The notes under the pieces were generated by a model. The model was not told the DNA's origin, made no database searches, and worked only from the letters and a program-made list of their open reading frames with translations. Both the position numbers and the translations under genes were made by a program. A DNA stretch of 64,000 bases from Parcubacteria group bacterium M6-OD1-1 (GTDB lineage Bacteria; Patescibacteriota; Minisyncoccia; GWC2-36-17; M10-OD1-4), in contig LSNK01000005.1 of the NCBI GenBank assembly GCA_003056085.1, positions 10,122-74,121 on the forward strand. The letters run 5' to 3'. Positions 17,627 to 26,242 of the stretch are shown here, in pieces. How positions within the stretch are numbered: the first letter of the stretch is position 1; every line of letters starts with the position of its first letter.

Positions 17627-19714
17627 ATGGAGACACAAAAATTCTCTATAAAATTAGGAGATAAAACCCTTACAGTGCAAAAAAATATAATGGCAGAACA
17701 GGCAAACGGCGCTGTTTTGGTAAGTTGCGGTGAAACAACAGTTTTATGCACCGCTGTTATGGGAAGACACGCTTCAAACTTGCCTTATTTCCCACTTAAC
17801 GTTGAATATCAAGAGAAGTACTATGCCGGAGGGAAAATCCCCGGTGGGTTTTTAAAGAGAGAGGGAAGGTCATCTGACGCTGCCATCTTAAAATCAAGAA
17901 TTATAGACAGATGTCTGAGACCTCTTTTTGATCATGACATAAAAAACAGCCTTCAAATTATAGCATCCGTACTTTCTATAGATTTTGAAAATGATGCTGA
18001 TATATTGGCTGTCAATGGCGCTTCTATAGCTTTATCTATTTCAGATATTCCTTTTTTAGGTCCAATCGGAGCGGTAAGAATTGGAAGAATAAATGGAGAT
18101 TTTGTTGTTAACCCAACAGAAAAAGAAAGAGAAGAATCTGACTTGGACCTTGTTGTTGCAGGAACGAAAGACAAAATAAATATGGTTGAGGCTGGAGCCA
18201 ATGAAGTTCCTGAAGCTGACATCGTAAAAGCATTTGAATTTGCTCAAGAAGAAATAACAAAAATAGTAGAGTTTCAGGAGAAAATTGTAAAGGAGATTGG
18301 CAAAGAAAAACAAGATTTAAAACTCCAAAAACCGACTGAAGAATTTATCTTGGAAGTTAAAAGTCAGATTTCAGAAAAATTAGAGGAATTTCTTTACAAC
18401 CCGGACAAAGCATCAAGAATGCACGAGTTAAACGACATTAAAAATGAACTTTTTGAGTACATTGAAAAAAAATATCCGGAAAATCCGGAATTTAAAGATA
18501 TGGCAGATGGACTATTTGAAGATGAAATTGACCATGTAACACATCAAAATATTCTTAAAAAAGGCAAGAGGTCAGACGGAAGAAAACCGGAAGACCTAAG
18601 AGAACTATCAACAGAAGCTGGACTAATTCCAAGAGTTCATGGTTCAGGATTTTTCAAAAGAGGACAAACTCAAGCCTTAACGCTATTAACTTTAGGAGAC
18701 CCTGCAAGCGGACAAATAATAGATGCAATGGATCGTGATTACAAGAAAAAATTTATACACCATTATAATTTCCCTCCATTTTCTGTTGGAGAAGCAGGTC
18801 CGTTAAGAGGTCCAAGCAGAAGAGACATAGGACATGGGTCATTGGCAGAAAGAGCTTTAACACCCATCATCCCAAGCCAAGAAGACTTTCCTTACACAAT
18901 AAGATTAGTTTCTGAAATATTGTCTTCAAACGGATCCTCATCTATGGCATCTGTTTGCGGATCTTCTCTTGCGCTTATGGACGGTGGAGTGCCTATCAAA
19001 AAAATAGCCGCAGGCATCGCTATGGGGCTTATGATGGACAAAGAAAGCGGGGAATATGTAGTTTTAACAGACATTCAAGGTCCGGAAGATCATCATGGAG
19101 ATATGGATTTTAAAGCTGCAGGAACCGACGCCGGCATAACCGCTCTTCAAATGGATGTAAAAATAGACGGAGTTACCGTAACGATGCTAAAAGACACACT
19201 AAAACAAGCAAAGGAAGCAAGAGAAAAAATAATAGAAAGCATTAAAAAGGCAATCTCAGAACCAAGAAAAACACTTTCAAAATACGCTCCTAAAATTGAG
19301 GTTATAAACATAGATCCAAGCAAAATAGGTAAGATTATAGGAAGCGGAGGAAAAACAATAAACGGCATAATAGAAGAAACCGGAGCCGGCATAAGCATAG
19401 AAGATGATGGATCGGTATTTATAAGCTCTCAAGAAGCGGAAGCTATCGCAAAAGCCAAAGCAATCATTGAAGGACTAACAAAAGAACCTAAAGCAGGTGA
19501 AATATACGAAGGAAAAGTAACAAAAACAACAGATTTTGGGGCTTTTGTTGAAATTCTTCCGGGAATAGAAGGCTTGCTTCATATATCTAATATCAAAAAA
19601 GAAAGAGTCACTAAAGTAGAAGATGTTATAAAAAGAGGTGACATAATAAAGGTAAAAGTAATGAATGTGGAAGACACCGGAAAAATGCAACTCTCTATGA
19701 AAGATGTATCTTAA
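17627..19714 (+). CDS. pnp: Polyribonucleotide nucleotidyltransferase
   Basis: GKIPGGFLKREG, HYNFPPFSVGE, SNGSSSMASVCG, GDMDFKAAGT, KH and S1 domains; ATG 17627. Confidence 0.98.
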   Translation: METQKFSIKLGDKTLTVQKNIMAEQANGAVLVSCGETTVLCTAVMGRHASNLPYFPLNVEYQEKYYAGGKIPGGFLKREGRSSDAAILKSRIIDRCLRPLFDHDIKNSLQIIASVLSIDFENDADILAVNGASIALSISDIPFLGPIGAVRIGRINGDFVVNPTEKEREESDLDLVVAGTKDKINMVEAGANEVPEADIVKAFEFAQEEITKIVEFQEKIVKEIGKEKQDLKLQKPTEEFILEVKSQISEKLEEFLYNPDKASRMHELNDIKNELFEYIEKKYPENPEFKDMADGLFEDEIDHVTHQNILKKGKRSDGRKPEDLRELSTEAGLIPRVHGSGFFKRGQTQALTLLTLGDPASGQIIDAMDRDYKKKFIHHYNFPPFSVGEAGPLRGPSRRDIGHGSLAERALTPIIPSQEDFPYTIRLVSEILSSNGSSSMASVCGSSLALMDGGVPIKKIAAGIAMGLMMDKESGEYVVLTDIQGPEDHHGDMDFKAAGTDAGITALQMDVKIDGVTVTMLKDTLKQAKEAREKIIESIKKAISEPRKTLSKYAPKIEVINIDPSKIGKIIGSGGKTINGIIEETGAGISIEDDGSVFISSQEAEAIAKAKAIIEGLTKEPKAGEIYEGKVTKTTDFGAFVEILPGIEGLLHISNIKKERVTKVEDVIKRGDIIKVKVMNVEDTGKMQLSMKDVS

Positions 19715-19738
19715 TTTTAGATTTGCAATTTAAATTTT

Positions 19739-19775
19739 AAAACTCCTCGGAGAGCCCAGCTTTCCGAGGAGTTTT
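19739..19775 (+). terminator. Intrinsic terminator of pnp
   Basis: aaaactcctcggagagc-cca-gctttccgaggagtttt. Confidence 0.85.
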
Positions 19776-19880
19776 CTTTATTTTAAAATTTTCTATTTTC
19801 AATCCAAATATCCACACTTTTGATTGTCGTTATTATAAATATAAAGTATAATAATAATATCAACTATTAAGCTACTAAAT

Positions 19881-21113
19881 ATGGACCCACAAAACAACGA
19901 ACCCCAAGACAACCCAACGCCTAAAGACCTTCCGATTCTCGATGACAGAAAAGTAGAAACTCATACAATGCAGGAAGATTTGCAAAAAGCAAGTCCGGAA
20001 GAATCAGAAGATCAAGAACAAACTCCAAAAGAAACTGCTGATTCTCCTGAACCTCAAATACCTACACCTCCAACTCCTCCGTTAATACCTCAAAAACAAG
20101 AAACCAAAAAATCGATTTTTGACAAATTTAGAAAACCAAAAGGAATTGAACCGACAGCGCCTGATATACCAAAATTAAAAAAAATGATGCCAAAACTTTC
20201 GGCTGTAGAAGGATCGCCGGAAAAAGAAGAAAGACAAGAACCAACATCCGACATTTCAGACCAAAAACCAAAAATATCCGCTTCTGAAAAAAAATTAGAC
20301 ATCAAAATCCCCGGCAAAAAAAGCAGGCTTTCTATGATAATAATTTTTACAGTGATACTGACGATAGTTGCCGCAGGTGCAGGGTTTGGCTATTATTGGT
20401 TTTTTGCAAAAGAAGCTCCAAAAGAAACAACAAATAAACCGACCCAAGAACAACCGGAAGTCATTGAAGTTCCAAAACCTGTTGTAAAAGAACCTAAAAT
20501 AAAAAAACCAATTAAAGAAGTAGTTTCTATAGGGATACCTGAGCCTAAAATTCCACAAACCAACATAGACTTTGCTCAAACTATTATTACTACTGCAGAC
20601 AAAAAAGACAAAAGTGAATTTATAAAAAATTTAAGAGCAGATTCAAAATCAATAGCAGGGGATGGAACAATAACAAGACATTTATTTAAGATTTCAAATG
20701 ATAACGAAAAAAGATTTTTGACAAACAAAGAACTTATGAGCACTCTTGGAATCTCAATACCAAATGATGTTTGGCCGTACATAAACAATATTGAATTTAT
20801 AAGCTATAAAGTCGGCAACTCTATAAGGTACGGATTTATCGCAAAAACAACAAATGAAGACGCTCTTAAAGAAAATATGAAACAGTGGGGAACAAAAATG
20901 ATACAAGACTTAACGCAGCTGTTTATGGGAGAACCTATAACCATCCCTGAAAATCCTGCTTTTTCTAAAAATTCTTATCTTACATTTAAAAAAAGATACA
21001 TCAACTTAATAAGTCCTGAAATAAGCTTGGACTACGCAATATCAAAAGATTATCTTATTGTGGCAACATCAAAAGATATGATGTTTGCATCAATTTTGCA
21101 GGTTCAGAAATAA
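19881..21113 (+). CDS. Single-pass membrane protein with Pro/acid-rich disordered N-terminus
   Basis: 410 aa ORF, one TM (IIIFTVILTIVAAGAGFGYYWFF), TATAAT upstream. Confidence 0.75.
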   Translation: MDPQNNEPQDNPTPKDLPILDDRKVETHTMQEDLQKASPEESEDQEQTPKETADSPEPQIPTPPTPPLIPQKQETKKSIFDKFRKPKGIEPTAPDIPKLKKMMPKLSAVEGSPEKEERQEPTSDISDQKPKISASEKKLDIKIPGKKSRLSMIIIFTVILTIVAAGAGFGYYWFFAKEAPKETTNKPTQEQPEVIEVPKPVVKEPKIKKPIKEVVSIGIPEPKIPQTNIDFAQTIITTADKKDKSEFIKNLRADSKSIAGDGTITRHLFKISNDNEKRFLTNKELMSTLGISIPNDVWPYINNIEFISYKVGNSIRYGFIAKTTNEDALKENMKQWGTKMIQDLTQLFMGEPITIPENPAFSKNSYLTFKKRYINLISPEISLDYAISKDYLIVATSKDMMFASILQVQK

Positions 21114-21117
21114 AACA

Positions 21118-22065
21118 ATGAACAACCAAATAAGAACTTCTATAATTTCAACATTGGCGCACTACGAAGCAGAAAGAGGACTACCTCTTTCTGCTTTTGA
21201 AATTTATAAATATTTACACAAAAAAAATTCAGGGAAAATAACATTATCTCAAATATTAACAGAGCTTGATAATATTAAGATAACCAATGAAACTATAACA
21301 AATGAAAATGGTTTCTTTTTTCTAATAAACAAACAAAGCTCAAAAGATAAATACAGCCAAAGAATTAACAGGGATAAATTATCCATAAAAAAATGGAAAA
21401 AAGCAAAAAAAATAATTTGGCTGATGCAAACAATTCCATTTATAAAATCAATTTCTGTCGCAGGGTCGCTCTCAATGAACAACACCTTAAAAAACAGCGA
21501 CATTGATCTTTTTTTAATAGTAAAAAAAGGAAGGATATGGACGACAAGAACCTTAAGTATGCTGCTTACTCAGCTTTTAGGACAAAGAAGATACGACAAA
21601 AAAATAACTGATAAAATCTGTTTAAACTACTACATAACGGAAGGGTCAGAGCCTCAAATAAAGAACTTGGCTTCAGCAAATATATTTTTAAGAACAATTC
21701 CCGTATATGAAATGACCTCTTATAATAATTTTTTAAAAGACAATTTTTACTGGTTGGAAAAATATTTTTTAAATTCAAAAAATCAATTCAAAATTCAAAA
21801 CTTTCGGAAAATCAAAAAAAATAAAACTCTCTTAAAATTAAAAACTTTTTTTGAATACATGCTTTCAAAAAAAATCGGAGACAAAATAGAACAAACACTT
21901 TCTTTGTGGCAGAAAAAAAGAATTGAAGAAAAAACAAGAAAAGAAACAAATATAACAAATTTAATATTTACCGATGAAATTTTAATGTTTCACTGGCCAA
22001 ATCCAAGAAATAAGGAAGTGCTGGAGAAGTACGAACAAATCCTCAAAACTATGCATTATACTTAA
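21118..22065 (+). CDS. Pol-beta superfamily nucleotidyltransferase-domain protein
   Basis: VAGSLS...SDIDLF (GS + DxD) motif; ATG 21118 just after the upstream stop. Confidence 0.7.
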   Translation: MNNQIRTSIISTLAHYEAERGLPLSAFEIYKYLHKKNSGKITLSQILTELDNIKITNETITNENGFFFLINKQSSKDKYSQRINRDKLSIKKWKKAKKIIWLMQTIPFIKSISVAGSLSMNNTLKNSDIDLFLIVKKGRIWTTRTLSMLLTQLLGQRRYDKKITDKICLNYYITEGSEPQIKNLASANIFLRTIPVYEMTSYNNFLKDNFYWLEKYFLNSKNQFKIQNFRKIKKNKTLLKLKTFFEYMLSKKIGDKIEQTLSLWQKKRIEEKTRKETNITNLIFTDEILMFHWPNPRNKEVLEKYEQILKTMHYT

Positions 22066-22116
22066 GTATCAAAATAGTCTTGACTATTTTGATACTAAGA
22101 TATCTATTTAGTACAC

Positions 22117-22390
22117 ATGAACGCTTTACAAAAAAATATTCTCTCAATTAAAACAAAATTTTACTAAGAGAAAAATCATTATCGGTTCACATCAAATTGG
22201 AAAAACAATGTTAATGAAAATCTTGAGAGAAAAATCACCAACAAAATCAAAATCTGTTTTTATTGATATAGATATTATTTCCAATGTTTTTAAAAATCTG
22301 TGTGACAACTATCTAAATATAAAAAAATAATTACATCCGAATCTTCGTCAAAAACAATAATCCTAATTTCAGGACATATCTCATTATGTT
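22117..22390 (+). pseudogene. Remnant of an AAA_14/DUF4143-type ATPase
   Basis: Manual translation: KIFSQLKQNFY*/KIIIGSHQIGKTMLMKIL (decayed Walker A) ... VFKNLCDNYLNIK/KIITSESSS (decayed TGSSS motif); Walker B segment missing. Confidence 0.55.
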
Positions 22391-22447
22391 TAATTGTTTT
22401 ACAGTTCTTTATAACCTATGACACCGGAAGCAAACTGTAAATTGCTT

Positions 22448-23155
22448 TTAGCTTGAGTTTAAATATCTATAAGCTTCAATAATCCAATTATCTATATTTG
22501 GCTCATTGTCCCACAACTTCTTCATGAGAATTATGTGTTTTTCATGTGCGGGATATACTTTTGTTTCTACTTGACCATGCATAGCGATAAATTCGGGCAA
22601 GTCTAAAATCACACCATTAAACAACTCCGCCAGATCCCAATATATTCCATCATCTGGATTTAATTTTGCAAAAACATCAGAGTGATTTCTATTTGCATAA
22701 TCATAAAAAAAGAAATGTAATACTTCATGAGCAGCAATATAATTAGACCCCGCTCTGTGTTTGTAGAATATTTGAAATGTTTTGCTGTCTAAAAATCTTG
22801 GATTGCAATTTATTATTGACAAGTAACCGATATATTTTCCTTCGGGTGTTTCTGGATTTTTGAATATTTTATTTATTTGTTCAATAAATTTATTCTCAAC
22901 AGGTTCCCAGTCTTCGCGGAATTGTTCAATACAGTCAAGGAGTTCCTTCTCGTGTTTTTTGTAGTATCTGTCAAAATAATCATTGATAATTTCCTTTCTT
23001 TCTACCTCGCTTTTTTCTTTAATATTTTTTATTTCAGGATGCGGACCAGTTACTCCTTGAGAAAAATCCACACCACCTGCCTCGTTATCCAAAAACACAA
23101 GAGCCATCTCTTTATCAAGTTCTTTATTTAGTTTAAATGTTATATGTAATTTCAT
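22448..23155 (-). CDS. Hypothetical protein with HExxH motif (putative zincin metallopeptidase)
   Basis: AAHEVLHFFFY with downstream DLAE; TGgTATAAT promoter near 23201-23209 on the minus strand. Confidence 0.6.
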   Translation of the reverse strand: MKLHITFKLNKELDKEMALVFLDNEAGGVDFSQGVTGPHPEIKNIKEKSEVERKEIINDYFDRYYKKHEKELLDCIEQFREDWEPVENKFIEQINKIFKNPETPEGKYIGYLSIINCNPRFLDSKTFQIFYKHRAGSNYIAAHEVLHFFFYDYANRNHSDVFAKLNPDDGIYWDLAELFNGVILDLPEFIAMHGQVETKVYPAHEKHIILMKKLWDNEPNIDNWIIEAYRYLNSS

Positions 23156-23214
23156 AAATACTTAAAATCATTAATTATTGTTTGTTTGTAGATAAATTTA
23201 ATTATACCAAAAAT

Positions 23215-23239
23215 AAAGGCAAGCGCGTAGCTTGCCTTT
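23215..23239 (-). terminator. Terminator ending the small-ORF array
   Basis: aaaggcaagc-tacgc-gcttgccttt followed by attttt. Confidence 0.75.
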
Positions 23240-23258
23240 GAAATTAAGCACTGTCTGT

Positions 23259-23507
23259 TCAATCAACATCCGACAGAATATGGTTGGCTCCATTTAGTAT
23301 ATATTTATACCCCAAACAAGTAACCACTTGTCCATTGTAAAAATACCAGCCCGCTTCCTCAACCTCTATCTCATCACCAACACGAAGCCGATAATCCAAC
23401 GCATCATTAATATCAAGATACGCCTTACCAAGATCTGTTTCAATAACAGCAAGGATTTTATCGTTAGTAAAACCAACAATCTTACCTTTCACATTTGAAG
23501 TACTCAT
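23259..23507 (-). CDS. Small hypothetical protein (beta-rich, possibly OB-fold-like)
   Basis: 82 aa, strong SD GAGGAGGTG upstream. Confidence 0.7.
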   Translation of the reverse strand: MSTSNVKGKIVGFTNDKILAVIETDLGKAYLDINDALDYRLRVGDEIEVEEAGWYFYNGQVVTCLGYKYILNGANHILSDVD

Positions 23508-23547
23508 GGCACACCTCCTCAGGTGATTAAATTGATTTTAAAAAAAC

Positions 23548-23637
23548 AAACTATCTCTTTGAAAATTCTACTAAAAAAAGTTGAAGTAAAATTCTCAAAA
23601 AATAGGGCAAGCTACTCGAATCATTCTTTCGCTTGCC
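23548..23637 (-). repeat. Terminator + conserved hairpin module, copy 1
   Basis: ggcaagc..gcttgcc then ctattttttgagaattttact..agtagaattttcaaagagatagttt. Confidence 0.8.
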
Positions 23638-23645
23638 AATATGCC

Positions 23646-23903
23646 TCAAGGACCTAAATCCAAAATAAGTTTCTCCAGTACTCTGTTTCCTTCCTGAATA
23701 CGCCTCATGGATTCCTCAATTATCCTTTGGGTCTTTTTGTCGGCTTCCTGCCTTTTTAGGTGCTCTGCTCTTGCTCTGGCCGTGTGCATTATTACATGTT
23801 TCAGAACTTCTTGCGCCTCCTTTAAATCTTCTTCTTCAGAAGCAAAGGCAATATTTCCAAAAACAAATACCAATGTTACCAAAATAGCTGTTAATGTTCT
23901 CAT
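23646..23903 (-). CDS. Small secreted helical protein
   Basis: Signal peptide MRTLTAILVTLVFVFGNIAFA, SD AAGGAG, 85 aa. Confidence 0.75.
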   Translation of the reverse strand: MRTLTAILVTLVFVFGNIAFASEEEDLKEAQEVLKHVIMHTARARAEHLKRQEADKKTQRIIEESMRRIQEGNRVLEKLILDLGP

Positions 23904-23932
23904 GACGCTTCTCCTTTTGGTTCAATTTAAGT

Positions 23933-24000
23933 AAACTATCTCTTTGAAAATTCCAACAATGCTGAAATTCTCAAAAGATAGGGCGAACGTTTGCTCGCCC
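23933..24000 (-). repeat. Terminator + conserved hairpin module, copy 2
   Basis: gggcgagc-aaac-gttcgccc then ctatcttttgagaatttcagc-att-gttggaattttcaaagagatagttt. Confidence 0.8.
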
Positions 24001-24208
24001 AGTAAAACCATTAACCACGATCACGCCCGGTTACCAGCGAGGAGTCTGAGCGTATCTCCTGTTGTAGCTCTGATGAGAGTTTCAGTCTGTTATGCCTCTC
24101 ATCGCACCTGTGTGAGCAGTGCCCACCAAGTATCCTTGTTGATTTATTACACGCAGTCAGACCAAGGTCTGCGTGGAGAGGGTGTTACGCGAACGGTTCT
24201 AATCATCC

Positions 24209-24436
24209 TCAATACTCCTCCCACTCGAGCTCCTCAGCTATTTCTCGCCAATATTCTTTATCGTCATCCGATATTTCAGAGGATGCCTGTGCCTGGCATT
24301 GTTGGTAGAAATAGAGCAAACCGGACGCCTTTTCAGAGTCATCTGCAATACACTCATTGCAGATGAATTCCCCGGCGACGCCGTGCCTGCCAACTTCCTT
24401 GTCCTTCTCGCACATCTCGCATTTGTATGTTTCCAT
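24209..24436 (-). CDS. Small acidic Zn-finger-like protein
   Basis: METYKCEMC...FICNEC (two CxxC), SD GGAG before ATG 24436. Confidence 0.65.
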   Translation of the reverse strand: METYKCEMCEKDKEVGRHGVAGEFICNECIADDSEKASGLLYFYQQCQAQASSEISDDDKEYWREIAEELEWEEY

Positions 24437-24729
24437 GACATTCTCCAACCCCAGAAAACCCGAGGCGCGGCTGCACCAAAACGGCACTGCTGTCTACACA
24501 CCAATCGCTTACGCTCTTGGGTAGACAGGTTGCGAAATATTCGCGATGTTTAATTTAAATGAACAATCTTTATTAACTGCCCTAACCATACAAGAAAAGA
24601 CATTGACAGTAAAATTATTTTATGTTTTAAATTTAGATACCCAAAATACCCTTTTAAATAATGGTTATTTTGAATGCTTTATCTGTCGGAAAAACTTGAC
24701 AAAATGTGTTATTTTGTTATGCTTTTATC

Positions 24730-25536
24730 ATGAAATTATCATCGGAAAAAATAAAACTGCTTGGTTTATCTTGCAAAGAGATTCAGGTTCTTGATGCTCT
24801 ACGGGCGGGACATTCTACTCCGCTTCTTGTATCTGAACACACAAAGGTCTCTCGTCCTGCGATATATGAAATACTTGCCCGTCTGCACAAACGTGGACTC
24901 ATTAAAAGCAACATTAAAGACGGGAGGAAATACTGGTCGCGGGCAAAAGACAGAGATCTGGAGCGGGCACTCTATGAAACAAAGAAAGCGTTATTTGATT
25001 TTGAAGAAGGTGTTGAGGAAGTACAAGGACTTTCGGACTCAACTGTAATTGTACACAGAGGTGGTGAGGCAATTCGCAAGATAGTAATGGATATTGTAAA
25101 AAACCACAAAGAAGAACGCTTGTATGCGATACAAGGAGATGCTCCTGCTATTAGCTGGAGTAAAATAGTTGGTCTTGAGAGGATTAATGAGATGAATCGC
25201 CTTATTAAAAAGAACAGGATAATAACTGAACTTATCTTTCCTACTGGATGGTTTGAGAGACAAGTAAAACTCCTTGGTAAAAAATGGGCGGAGGACTTTG
25301 GAGAAAGAGCGGCGATATCGCATGAAATTGACGAGGATTACTTTAAACATGCAGGGCAAATATGGATATTCAAAAATTCCGTCTATCTTATCGCAATGAA
25401 TGAAGAAATTATCATTGAGGTGCGTAATTCTGAAATACAAAAACTCTTACTTTCCATGTTCAGCTTCATCCAAAACAATTCACGAAAATTTGATGTAAAT
25501 GCGCGATTGAGAAGTTTGATAGAAAAAGAAGATTAA
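24730..25536 (+). CDS. TrmB-family HTH transcriptional regulator
   Basis: LLGLSCKEIQVL..L...SEHTKVSRPAIYEILARLHKRGLI wHTH plus C-terminal effector-like domain; ATG 24730. Confidence 0.8.
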   Translation: MKLSSEKIKLLGLSCKEIQVLDALRAGHSTPLLVSEHTKVSRPAIYEILARLHKRGLIKSNIKDGRKYWSRAKDRDLERALYETKKALFDFEEGVEEVQGLSDSTVIVHRGGEAIRKIVMDIVKNHKEERLYAIQGDAPAISWSKIVGLERINEMNRLIKKNRIITELIFPTGWFERQVKLLGKKWAEDFGERAAISHEIDEDYFKHAGQIWIFKNSVYLIAMNEEIIIEVRNSEIQKLLLSMFSFIQNNSRKFDVNARLRSLIEKED

Positions 25537-25582
25537 AAATTTCAAATATATTAAAACTCTTTAGGCCTCTATTTTCTACTTA

Positions 25583-25630
25583 AAAAAATCACTACTTATT
25601 GCGCGACCGCGCAATAAGTAGTGATTTTTT
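25583..25630. repeat. 23-bp perfect inverted repeat with 2-nt loop (terminator or island boundary)
   Basis: aaaaaatcactacttattgcgcg-ac-cgcgcaataagtagtgatttttt. Confidence 0.85.
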
Positions 25631-25740
25631 ATTTCTCCTCTTGTTTTAAACAACAAAAAATATTAAAATATAAAATATAAAGTAATAAAATGCATTTTAA
25701 GGAAAATAATATCTGATTAATAATTTTATAAATCAAAAAT

Positions 25741-26103
25741 ATGAAACAAGTACAAATAGAAGAATTAAAAAATAAACTAATTGAGGAAAAAGAAAGATTA
25801 GAAAAAGAACTTTCCTCATTTGCAGAAAAAAATCCAAAAGTAAAAGGAGATTGGACTGCAAAATTTCCAAGCTTTGGAGACCACAAGTCAGAACAAGACG
25901 AAAACGCAGATGAAGTTGAAGAATATATCGCAGAGGTTTCTGAGGAGCACATCCTTGAGTTGAGACTTAAAGACGTAGATGAAGCTTTGGAAAAAATAGG
26001 AACAGACGCATATGGAAAATGTTCAGAATGCAGTGAAGAAATTCCTTTCGCAAGACTTCAGGCAAATCCTGAAGCAAAAACCTGCATAGAACACGCAAAA
26101 TAA
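25741..26103 (+). CDS. TraR/DksA family zinc-finger protein
   Basis: DENAD coiled-coil tip, YGKCSEC..EIP.ARL.ANPEAKTCIEH. Confidence 0.9.
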   Translation: MKQVQIEELKNKLIEEKERLEKELSSFAEKNPKVKGDWTAKFPSFGDHKSEQDENADEVEEYIAEVSEEHILELRLKDVDEALEKIGTDAYGKCSECSEEIPFARLQANPEAKTCIEHAK

Positions 26104-26115
26104 GAATAAAAATTA

Positions 26116-26239
26116 AAAACTTTAATTTTTGAGCACAGGTCGCAGCTAAAAAAGCGGAGTGAGGTTGAGCCGTACTTACAGCTACGGTGAAACTAAGCGA
26201 CAATTTTTTAGCAAGAGATGCGCCAAAAATAAAAGTTTT
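26116..26239 (+). repeat. Structured intergenic element, copy C
   Basis: Terminal IR aaaactttaatttttg/caaaaataaaagtttt, stems gctaaaaaa/ttttttagc and ccgta/tacgg; ends 3 nt before the comM ATG. Confidence 0.7.
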
Positions 26240-26242
26240 ACT

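Noticed and set aside
23548-24000. Classical attC sites or a CRISPR array
   Set aside because: No RYYYAAC/GTTRRRY ends; only two copies, separated by a whole gene; no cas genes in the window
24069-24115. Hammerhead ribozyme (CTGATGAG on the + strand)
   Set aside because: No GAAA follows the would-be stem II; the motif is one arm of a simple hairpin
23944-24794. Plus-strand ORFs 23944-24366, 24299-24553, 24546-24794 and minus ORF 24238-24504
   Set aside because: They overlap the SD-led Zn-finger ORF, hairpins or promoters; open frames are explained by locally higher GC
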